Assembly: GCA_965223905.1 (NCBI GenBank)
Contig: CBDCXV010000010.1
Span: forward strand, 1,888,001-1,952,000
Reading direction: 5' to 3'
Length of the DNA stretch: 64,000 nt
From: Candidatus Latescibacterota bacterium
GTDB lineage: Bacteria > Latescibacterota > UBA2968 > UBA8231
Positions 21,251 to 29,598 of the stretch are shown in pieces. Under the pieces are notes generated by a model. The model had not been told where the DNA came from, did not search any database, and saw only the letters and a list, made by a program, of their open reading frames with translations. How positions within the stretch are numbered: position 1 is the stretch's first letter; the number at the start of each line of letters is the position of its first letter. The position numbers and the translations under genes were made by a program.

Positions 21251-21464
21251 TCTTCGAGCTCCGGCCGGATAGATGATCTCCAGTTCGAGTCACGTTCTCT
21301 GGATAGCCTACGGTACGCCCCTCCCGATGGGCAAGACCACAGCAGGCGACCGAATCGTCGATGATAGTCATTGACCCGGCCTGCCGAACGCCTACGATAC
21401 ACATCGAACGGCACGCCGTGCGGTGGCGGCGGCCCTACGAGAACCCCGGGAGAAGGAGAGGACC

Positions 21465-22991
21465 ATGGCAGACGCAACTCAGGTATGGCCTGTAGGGATA
21501 CGCAAACAGCTGCTGTTTGACCGTCGCTTCGTCGACTCGTCCGCGGGCCTGCAGTTCACGGTCAATCCCCCCCTTCGCACACCCATCAATCTGCCATCGC
21601 TACGCGGTCTGCACGCCCGTCACTTCCTGACCGTGCTCGACGTCGACGATCGTTTCTGGATGTACTACCACCTGAGGCCTGACGAGACGCAAGAACGTGA
21701 TTGCGTGAATGGCATGTTCTGCCTGGCCTACTCGGACGACGGCATCGACTGGGAACTGGCGCCTGTGGACCAGTTCGAGGTGGAGGGATTGTCTCGGAAT
21801 AACGTGGTTATGCCCGGGGTGTTGGGAACGCCGTTCCTCGACCCCCAGGAGACCAGCGGTTGCAGATTCTGGTTTGCGGGAACAATGGGCGAGCGCACCG
21901 AGCCGCCGTTCTGGGACGAGGCCCGGGATACCTACTTCGGCGGTTACGACGCCCCCGACGGGCGCAGAGTCCACGCCGGGCTGTACCTGCTCCAATCCGA
22001 GGATGGCATTTCCTGGCGCCGGCAGCGCAGCGGAGTCATCGTGCCCTTTCGCTGCGACTCGCAGAACCAGGTCCTCTACGATGCCGGCGCCGGCGCCTAC
22101 GTCGCCTATGTGCGCGGCGCGTCCCCCGTGCCAGGAAGAAGGCGGACAGTTGCTCGTTTGACCTCCCCCGCGCTTACGGAGTTACCGTTTGATTTCGTTG
22201 AGGACACCACGTTACCCCGGAGCCCGGTCGGGCTGTACGACCGGTTGCCGCCGCAATGCGCCCCGTTCGTCATGGAGGGTGACGACCGTGATCCGCCGGC
22301 CACGGACGTCTACACGCCCTGCGTCAACCCGTACGCGTGGGCGGACGACGCTGTTTTTGCGTTCCCTACCGTGTTCCGCCATTACGAGGGGCAGGACAGC
22401 CATGGGCGGGACCAACGGGGGGAAAGCGCTAGCGACGGCCCGCTGGACGTGCAGCTTGCCGTGAGTCGCGATGGCGTCACATTCGAGCGGTTCCGTACGC
22501 CCTACGTTGGCCTTGGTCTGATGGAAGAGCCGCAGCTCGGGGGATCCGTGTACATGGGCGTAGGGCTGGTAAGGCGGGGGAACTTCATCTACCAGTACTA
22601 CGCCGAGGGAGCGCGCACCCATGTCCGTGAGGTCGACGTGAGCCTCTGGCAGGCCAAACAGCGCCTGGACGGTTTCGTCTCGGTGGATGCGGGGCCGGAT
22701 GGCGGGTGGTTCGTGACGCCGCCGATCGAGTTCGCAGGGAGCCGTCTGCTGCTGAACATCGACTGCGGCGCCATGGGCGAAGCGTGGGTCGGGCTCCAGG
22801 ACGAAACCGGCAAGCCGTTGCCCGGCTACACGTTCGAGGACGCCGTGTCGATCGACCGCAACGGTGTCGCGCAGGAGGTCTGGTGGCGGAGCGGCCCCGA
22901 TGTCGGCTCGCTGAGTGGTCGGCCTGTCCGGTTGAAGATTAAAATGCGTTCGGCGAAGCTCTACGCGTTCCAGTTCGTGGAGGCCAGCTGA
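21465..22991 (+). CDS. Beta-propeller GH-like paralogue 2
   Basis: Closely similar along its length to 8160-9719. Confidence 0.7.
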   Translation: MADATQVWPVGIRKQLLFDRRFVDSSAGLQFTVNPPLRTPINLPSLRGLHARHFLTVLDVDDRFWMYYHLRPDETQERDCVNGMFCLAYSDDGIDWELAPVDQFEVEGLSRNNVVMPGVLGTPFLDPQETSGCRFWFAGTMGERTEPPFWDEARDTYFGGYDAPDGRRVHAGLYLLQSEDGISWRRQRSGVIVPFRCDSQNQVLYDAGAGAYVAYVRGASPVPGRRRTVARLTSPALTELPFDFVEDTTLPRSPVGLYDRLPPQCAPFVMEGDDRDPPATDVYTPCVNPYAWADDAVFAFPTVFRHYEGQDSHGRDQRGESASDGPLDVQLAVSRDGVTFERFRTPYVGLGLMEEPQLGGSVYMGVGLVRRGNFIYQYYAEGARTHVREVDVSLWQAKQRLDGFVSVDAGPDGGWFVTPPIEFAGSRLLLNIDCGAMGEAWVGLQDETGKPLPGYTFEDAVSIDRNGVAQEVWWRSGPDVGSLSGRPVRLKIKMRSAKLYAFQFVEAS

Positions 22992-23091
22992 TGCCCTTCC
23001 GTACCTGCGCCGGTCACAAGGCGCCCCCTGGCCTTCTCGGGAGAATGAGAATCTCGAGAAGGAGGGATTCATCAGATATGAGGGACAGGCG

Positions 23092-25770
23092 ATGAAGTGG
23101 GCATGGACAGCAGTAGCGTTGTTGATGGCGGGACAGGCGTGGGCGCAGGACTCGGAGCTTTCACCGACGGCACACCGGACGGTTCCGACTGAACGTCCGA
23201 GCGAGAACATCGCCCTCGGGGCGAGCTACACGATAGAGCCGAGTCCGAACTACAGGCTTTGCAGCGACCCCGGCGATTTCGAGCAACTGACCGATGGGGT
23301 CTACACGGAGGGCTATTTCTGGGCGCAGCTGTCGACCGTGGGCTACCAGGAAAGGACGCCCTCCATGGTGACGATTGACCTGGGCGAGGTGAAGCCGATA
23401 CGGGGGGTGTCCTACCACACCGCTGGGGGGTTTGCCGACGTGCTCTGGCCGCTGACGATCCGCATCCTCGTGGCGGGTGAAAATGAGGAGTTTCATGAGA
23501 TTGGCGACCTGGTCCAATTGAGCGAGGCACAGCACGGACCGCTCGCGCCGGTGAGGGCGACCGATGCCATGTGGGCGGTGGACACCGTCGGTTTCAGACA
23601 GGACCAGATCCACCATCACTACAACCTCAACCGGGATCGCTTCCCGGAGAAAATGACTCCCGAGGTTCGTGAGCAGGTCATCAAGGATGCCTACAAAACT
23701 CGAGCCGAGCAGTATGGGACGTACCGCTACTGGACAGACCGGCTGCGGACGCACGGGCGCTACGTCAGCCTGGTCGTGTGGAACGAGCCGTACACCTTCG
23801 TGGACGAGATCGAGGTCTACGCAGGAGAGCCGGGGTGGGTGGATGAGCCGCTGCCGGGACCGGCCTTCCCGGACGTTGAGACGTATGCGGTCAGGCTCGC
23901 CATCGAGAAAGGAATTCGGACCCGCCTGACGCAGGACATCGAGGCCTTGCGGCAGACGGCCGAAGACGGCATCCCGGCGCAGACACAGAGCGCTGTGATG
24001 GGCGAGCTGGCGACGGTGGAGGCGAATATGCGGCAGGCCAGCAGGTCCTTCGGCGATGACTTCGAGGCCGTGCTGCCGCTGAACTCGTGGCACGAACGGG
24101 TCCTGCAAACTCAAGCCCGACTCTGGCGCGCCAGGGGATTGGAGCCGCTCACGTTCTGGCGTTCAAATCTATGGGATCCCCTACCCCTGATCGGCACACC
24201 GGAAACGGCGGCCGAGCTGGCCGTCGAGGTGCACCTGATGCGGAATGAATACCGAGCGGCCGCCTTCAATGTCAGCAACAGTAGTGACGAGCCGATGCAG
24301 GTCGCCTTCCGCTTGAGCGGGCTTCCCGGGGGCGACAATCCGGAGTACGTGACCGTTCACGAGGTGATCTGGACGGACACGCGCAGCGGCGTGCCGGTGG
24401 CGGCGGCCCTGCCCGAGGTTGCCGCCGAGAGCGGTCTGTATGCGGTGACCGTGCCCGCTGGCATGACGCGACAGGTGTGGCTGACCTTCCATCCGGTCGA
24501 CGTAGAACCCGGCAACTACGAAGGTGAGGTGGTCGTAGAATTGACGCCCGGGGGCAAGCGGTTTCCCTTGCGCATGCACCTGTATCCGCTCGACTTCCCC
24601 AAGCAGCAGTCGCTTCACATGGGCGGCTGGGACTATACGGACGCGGTCGGTTGGCACCCCCTCGTGACGGAGCAGAACCGGTCGCTCATCATTCAGCACC
24701 TGCGCGAACGGTTCGTGGACTCGCCGTGGGGCTCGCCTCGGCTGCTGGATCCGAGCTACCCGGATGTGCAGGGCACACATGATGCGCAGGGGGTGATGAC
24801 GGCGCCCCCCAACACGACCAGGTTCGATGCATGGCTCGAGTTGTGGCCGGGTGCAGCCCAGTACCTCGTGTTCTGGCAAGTGGGCGATCGTTTCACTTCG
24901 ATGGGCGACAAGTACAGATGGGCCATGGGCACACCGGAGTTCGAGACGGCGGTCAGGGACTGGGTGACCTTCTGGGCCGAGTACATGGTGTCGAAAGGGT
25001 TGCAGCCCGAACAGCTGGCCCTGTTGCTGGTGGACGAGCCCGACGAGCCCTTCCAGGACGAGCTCATCCTGGCCTGGGCGAAGCCGATCCGCGAAGCGGA
25101 CACGGGAGTCCGCATCTGGGAGGATGTGACCCACGACGACATGGACGAGGCGAACCAGGAGATGATCGACGCGTGCCACGTGTTGTGCCCGAACTACCAG
25201 GCCTTCGTGAGCAAGGGCGAGGACTATCGCAAATACTACCTGACGAAGCGGGATCAGGGGATCGCGCTGGAATTCTACTCGTCATGGCCGAGTCGAATTT
25301 TCGATCCGTACGCGGGCCGGCTGAATGCTTGGTCATGCTGGCGCTACGGGGCCGATGCCTTCTACATGTGGTCGCTGACGGACACGGGCCACGCGTCATC
25401 GTGGAACGAATACCTGACTATCAAGAATGCCTACGCCCCCATCTTCATCGACGAGGAGTCGGTGACGGCCGGCAAACACCTCGAGGCAGCGCGGGAAGGG
25501 GTGGAGGACTACGAGTATTTCGCAATGCTGGACCGGGCGATCCAGGAAGCGTCTGCTCAGGGGATGACGGGTCCGGAGGTGGAGGAGGCGCGTCGGTTGC
25601 TGGAGAGCCTGCCGACCAGTGTCCTGGAGGCCGGGGGCCACGTGGATGGGCTCTACGACGACCAGCCGCTGAACGGCTTTCACTGGCTGAACGAGAAGGT
25701 GGACCGCACGTTGGCGGACGAGGCGCGGATTCAGGTGCTGGCGGCGTTGACGGCGCTGGCTGAGCTCTGA
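23092..25770 (+). CDS. GH123-like/DUF4091 paralogue P3 (mosaic of P1 and P2)
   Basis: Same architecture; blocks alternately match P1 and P2. Confidence 0.65.
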   Translation: MKWAWTAVALLMAGQAWAQDSELSPTAHRTVPTERPSENIALGASYTIEPSPNYRLCSDPGDFEQLTDGVYTEGYFWAQLSTVGYQERTPSMVTIDLGEVKPIRGVSYHTAGGFADVLWPLTIRILVAGENEEFHEIGDLVQLSEAQHGPLAPVRATDAMWAVDTVGFRQDQIHHHYNLNRDRFPEKMTPEVREQVIKDAYKTRAEQYGTYRYWTDRLRTHGRYVSLVVWNEPYTFVDEIEVYAGEPGWVDEPLPGPAFPDVETYAVRLAIEKGIRTRLTQDIEALRQTAEDGIPAQTQSAVMGELATVEANMRQASRSFGDDFEAVLPLNSWHERVLQTQARLWRARGLEPLTFWRSNLWDPLPLIGTPETAAELAVEVHLMRNEYRAAAFNVSNSSDEPMQVAFRLSGLPGGDNPEYVTVHEVIWTDTRSGVPVAAALPEVAAESGLYAVTVPAGMTRQVWLTFHPVDVEPGNYEGEVVVELTPGGKRFPLRMHLYPLDFPKQQSLHMGGWDYTDAVGWHPLVTEQNRSLIIQHLRERFVDSPWGSPRLLDPSYPDVQGTHDAQGVMTAPPNTTRFDAWLELWPGAAQYLVFWQVGDRFTSMGDKYRWAMGTPEFETAVRDWVTFWAEYMVSKGLQPEQLALLLVDEPDEPFQDELILAWAKPIREADTGVRIWEDVTHDDMDEANQEMIDACHVLCPNYQAFVSKGEDYRKYYLTKRDQGIALEFYSSWPSRIFDPYAGRLNAWSCWRYGADAFYMWSLTDTGHASSWNEYLTIKNAYAPIFIDEESVTAGKHLEAAREGVEDYEYFAMLDRAIQEASAQGMTGPEVEEARRLLESLPTSVLEAGGHVDGLYDDQPLNGFHWLNEKVDRTLADEARIQVLAALTALAEL

Positions 25771-25939
25771 GGTCAGGCGGTTCGCCAGGGTGCGCGGTGC
25801 CCGACTGGACAAGACCGCTGATTTGGTCGCCCGGGGCGGGCCACCGATGGTTACAAACCTACCGTCAATTGTCGCTCCGTGACCCGCCAACCGCATCACT
25901 CGACGTGGTTCGACCGCTGAGGCTCGTGTTCGAGTGGGC

Positions 25940-25979
25940 TTGACAGTGTAACCCTGCTTCGTATATCCTAAGTATATAC
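25940..25979 (+). promoter_or_regulatory. Sigma70-like promoter with overlapping palindromic operator for mazEF
   Basis: TTGACA 25940-45, TATCCT 25964-69; inverted repeat GTATAT-N7-ATATAC 25961-79. Confidence 0.6.
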
Positions 25980-25996
25980 ATTCAAGGAGAGCCGAC

Positions 25997-26242
25997 ATGC
26001 CCAAAGTGCAGAAGTGGGGGAACAGTCAGGGACTGAGATTCCCCAAGGATGTTTTGGAACAAGCACGGATCGACGTTGGTGACGAAGTCGAAATCTCGGT
26101 CGAGAATCGTGCCATCGTTGTCCGTGCCAGGGGCCGAGCGGGAAGCAAGCACAACCTCGAGAAGCTTGTCGCCAAAATGCCAAAGCAGTACAAGCCGGTC
26201 GAAGAAGACTGGGGCGATGCGGTGGGAAAGGAAACCTGGTAG
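25997..26242 (+). CDS. mazE: AbrB/MazE antitoxin
   Basis: KVQKWGNSQGLRFPK...DWG..VGKE.W. Confidence 0.92.
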   Translation: MPKVQKWGNSQGLRFPKDVLEQARIDVGDEVEISVENRAIVVRARGRAGSKHNLEKLVAKMPKQYKPVEEDWGDAVGKETW

Positions 26243-26581
26243 GTGGCTGCGTACAAGCCCAAGCAAGGAGACTTTGTCGGACTGAGCTTCGACCCCCAAT
26301 CTGGCAATGAACAGAAGGGCCGCAGACCGGCCCTCGTGGTCAGCCGCGACCTCTTCAATCGACGCACGGGTCTGGCCATCGTCTGCCCCATCACCAAGAC
26401 CGACCGGCGAATGCCGTTTCATGTCGCCATTCCAGATGATCTACCGCTGACAGGCTTTGTGATGGTTGAGCAGGTCAAGTCGGTAGACTACTCCAGCCGG
26501 CGTGCCCACCGAATTGGACATGCGACACCCGACGTGATGGATGAGGTTCTGGCCATACTCGACTCCTGTATCTACGAATGA
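26243..26581 (+). CDS. mazF: PemK/MazF toxin
   Basis: FDPQSGNEQKGRRPALVVS..FN..TGLAIVCPIT...EQVKSVD. Confidence 0.92.
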   Translation: MAAYKPKQGDFVGLSFDPQSGNEQKGRRPALVVSRDLFNRRTGLAIVCPITKTDRRMPFHVAIPDDLPLTGFVMVEQVKSVDYSSRRAHRIGHATPDVMDEVLAILDSCIYE

Positions 26582-26768
26582 AAAGCGCCGCGAAGCCGAT
26601 CGCGACTCGTGGTGATGTGCGGCGAACTGGCTCATCTGCTCATCCGTCAGAATGCGTGATGGTGCACCCTGTTTCATGTAATGCTCCATTTACGCCTGGC
26701 GCGCGCTGATTTGGAGATCCCATGCCCGCCGGTAGTACTTCAGCGGGCCTGAGCTCTGAGGTCAGGCG

Positions 26769-27012
26769 TCCGGATCAGGATTTCATCGCCAGATACGCCG
26801 GTCAGTCTGAAGCGCGTCCCCTCGTCGCACCACCGCATTCCGTCCGGCGAAATCTGGACTCGCGCCTCCGCCGTTTCGACCGGCCCGCCCGACTCCAGTA
26901 CGCGGACGTAGAAGATGGCCTCCGATGCCCACGCCGCCTCGTAGGGCTCGGTCTCGAAGGCCCCGGCCCAGACGACATCGCGCTCCAACACCGTTGTGTG
27001 GCTCTGCCTCAT
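26769..27012 (-). pseudogene. Small conserved protein (DUF6385-like), apparently 3'-truncated at the 20-bp repeat
   Basis: FETEPYEAAWASEAIF...VQISPDGMRWCDEG, then runs into the repeat. Confidence 0.5.
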
Positions 27013-27062
27013 GTCACACCGAAACCTCGCTCAGAAGTCCCCCGACAGCGTCACCGAATCCG

Positions 27063-27403
27063 CGTACAAGGGCCCTTTTTTCCTGACGGAGGTATGTGGC
27101 AGGTCGGGCTTGAAAACGACAGTGGGTAGGATTGGTTACACTGTATCGCGTAATCGGCCGGTCTGTTGCTGATTTCGTTTCAAGGCCCTGCTCGTCGCGA
27201 GTGTGGTGTTCGGCGTACGGTTCGACCGAGGATCTCCTGCTCTCAGCTGCGGTCTCGGCAGGTACAGTCGTCCGATAATGCCTCTTGGTCTTGCAGGTGA
27301 CGGGCGTGGATCCAGGCGTGTGCCCTGCGTGCGGCCAAGGACGTATGCACACTGTGCAGATTCTCAGCCCATCGGAACAGCGCGCACCACCTGAATGGCG
27401 TCA
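27063..27403 (-). mobile_element. Element A copy 4 (subtype 2), ori tip clipped by 10 bp
   Basis: Reverse complement of A lacking TCCTATACGT; single GCCGATTACGCgATAC unit; tnp tail continues MHTVQILSPSEQRAPP. Confidence 0.85.
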
Positions 27404-27479
27404 ATCGGCATGAGCACGCAGAATTCAATGGAACATCTCCACGCGACGGACAGACCGTGCCTTCTTGCCTCTACACGGA

Positions 27480-27676
27480 GCGGTGTCGCTTTCAAAGACG
27501 AATCCCACGGCGAGATCACCTCGTGGTCATGGGACTTCGGCGACGAAACGACTTCGAACGAACAGCACCCGATACATCAGTACAGCGAAGCAGGAGAGTT
27601 TGTGGTGACCTTGCATGTCGAAGGTCCGAAGGGAAAGGCGCGTCGCGTCAAGGTGTATGAAGTGATGGTGAAGTGA
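27480..27676 (+). pseudogene. C-terminal PKD-domain fragment
   Basis: [33 protein letters not shown]...[10 protein letters not shown]; left boundary approximate. Confidence 0.75.
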
Positions 27677-27873
27677 TGCCGGCGAACCGGGAGTGCGTGC
27701 TGACGACGTCCAGACCACCTCGTTGCCACTACGGCAGCCTCGAGCAGACGATTCACGCCATCCGCGCCCACCGGCCGTTCGACCTAAATGCCGAGCGCTG
27801 GCGGGAGGCGCACCCAGGGGCCGACTTCGAGACGTGGCGCCGCCAGGCCCATGCATGTCTGCACGAGGGCCTC
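27676..27873 (+). pseudogene. N-terminal fragment of a probable alpha/beta hydrolase
   Basis: Start overlaps the PKD stop; ...ADFETWRRQAHACLHEGL, then breaks into an ori-like sequence. Confidence 0.4.
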
Positions 27874-27964
27874 GGCCCCTCAGACCAGCCTCAAATTTCT
27901 GACTCGACAGCATCTCCCAGCCGACATACACTACCCATAACGGCCGTCTATAATTCCTATACGT
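27874..27964 (+). mobile_element. IS91-type oriIS-like end, family C
   Basis: CATAACGGCCGTCTATAATTCCTATACGT resembles ends B and D; left boundary approximate. Confidence 0.6.
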
Positions 27965-28060
27965 TCATAGAGCTGCCGGCAGTGATCCCCGTACTTGACG
28001 AAGCCCGGTAATGTTACCACTATCCGTGGCCCGTTCAAGACGGCAACGAGAGTTCTCGAC

Positions 28061-29269
28061 ATGAAACGTTCTAAGGCCGTGGGCTTGACCGTTGCAGTCG
28101 CCTCGGTTCTGGGCACCATAGCGCTGCTGTTTTTCATATACCTGGTCAACAGGGCCGTCGAGTCGCCTCACGCCTTTCAGGCCGCGGCGAGCACCAGTGA
28201 CGCCTGCCGACCCTGTCATCAGTCCCTATACGACAGCTACGTCAAAACGGGACACTACCTCACGTCCACTGTCGCTTCCGAAACGACCGTCATGGGCGAC
28301 TTCGGCGAAGGCCGCAATGTCGCGCGCACGCCGGTGCCCGAGCTGCAGTTCGTGATGGAGCGCAAGAGAGGCGGGTTTTATCAAACTGCCATGTACACCA
28401 AGGACTCGACACAGACATTCACCCGGCCTATGCAGATCGTGGTGGGCTCCGGAGAGCGGGCACAAACCTACACGTTCTGGGAGGGTGACAGACTGTTTCA
28501 ACTGCCCGGGATGTACTTCACGCCGGAAGCGACCTGGACCCTGGGTCCTGGTTATGAAAACTGGATCGCAACCTGGGAGGCTTTGCCGAAAAAGAGTCCG
28601 GGCATGCTGTACCAGCGACCGATCAGCGGACGCTGCATCGAGTGCCACGCCGCAACGGCAGTACCTGTTGGCGGCCCAGCAAGGTTCCGATTTCGGCCCG
28701 CCAGTTTCGAGGTAGGCATCAGCTGCGCGAACTGCCACGGTCCGGGCGCCCGACATATCGCCTTCCACGAGCAGAATTCGGAAGAGCAAGAGGGCCAACA
28801 CATCGTCAACCCGGCCAATCTCAGTCGATCGCAACAGATGTCTTCCTGCGCCCTGTGCCATGCCGGGCAGGGGATTCCAAAAACGCCGCCGCTGTCCTTC
28901 CGCCCGGGCGACGAAATCTCACAGCATCTCTTCTACCTGAAAGCGGAGCAGAAGAAGCTGTCCGTCCACGCCGGGCAGGTGCCATTCCTCCAGGAAAGTC
29001 GCTGTTTTGAAGAGTCGGGCGACATGACGTGTTCCACCTGCCACAATGTGCACGAAGACCAGACGGACCAGACCGCTATGTTTTCGCGCAAGTGCCTGAC
29101 CTGTCACGAACAATCCCACACTGAAGAGCCCGAACTGGCGCAGGGCGACCGCTGCACTCAATGCCACATGCCAGATCAGCAAGCGAGCAATCTGCCGGTG
29201 TTCCACGAGGGGGAGGAGTGGTTCCTGTCGATGGCCAATCACCGCATCGGGATCTTCGAGGACCAATAA
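28061..29269 (+). CDS. Membrane-anchored multiheme c-type cytochrome
   Basis: Seven CxxCH motifs (CRPCH, CIECH, CANCH, CALCH, CSTCH, CLTCH, CTQCH); N-terminal TM helix. Confidence 0.9.
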   Translation: MKRSKAVGLTVAVASVLGTIALLFFIYLVNRAVESPHAFQAAASTSDACRPCHQSLYDSYVKTGHYLTSTVASETTVMGDFGEGRNVARTPVPELQFVMERKRGGFYQTAMYTKDSTQTFTRPMQIVVGSGERAQTYTFWEGDRLFQLPGMYFTPEATWTLGPGYENWIATWEALPKKSPGMLYQRPISGRCIECHAATAVPVGGPARFRFRPASFEVGISCANCHGPGARHIAFHEQNSEEQEGQHIVNPANLSRSQQMSSCALCHAGQGIPKTPPLSFRPGDEISQHLFYLKAEQKKLSVHAGQVPFLQESRCFEESGDMTCSTCHNVHEDQTDQTAMFSRKCLTCHEQSHTEEPELAQGDRCTQCHMPDQQASNLPVFHEGEEWFLSMANHRIGIFEDQ

Positions 29270-29344
29270 CACACCCGAGCTCGTGTCAACGCTGCCGAGT
29301 CGGACTGCTCCCCACATGATCGCGAAATAGAGAGGGAAGCACTT

Positions 29345-29570
29345 GTGATCCACGCATGCGGAATCGCAGTGGCGGTGTTGCTGAGTATCTCACCTTCTCA
29401 TGCTCTGCAGCGGACCGATACGGAATTCAAGATCTTCCAGTTCCCCGCCGACATGATTCCCCGCATCGACGGCCAGACCGACGACTGGGCTATGGTGCCC
29501 GACAGGTACGCATATGGAACGGACCAGCTCTCCGACACAGTCAAGGGAAACTTCACCAACTACGACCCTC
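29345..29570 (+). pseudogene. N-terminal fragment of a secreted CBM9/DOMON-like-PKD protein
   Basis: Signal peptide then EFKIFQFPADMIPRIDGQTDDWAMVP; breaks at about 29570. Confidence 0.6.
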
Positions 29571-29598
29571 CCCGCGGGGCCGCCCTCAAACCCCTGCG

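Larger units (their letters stand above)
25760..26768. repeat. 20-bp direct repeats (25760-25779 and 26749-26768) enclosing mazEF
   Basis: CTGAGCTCTGAGGTCAGGCG at both positions. Confidence 0.85.

Noticed and set aside
8160-25770. Diversity-generating retroelement behind paralogue variation
   Set aside because: No reverse transcriptase or TR/VR pair; differences include indels and are not adenine-specific.
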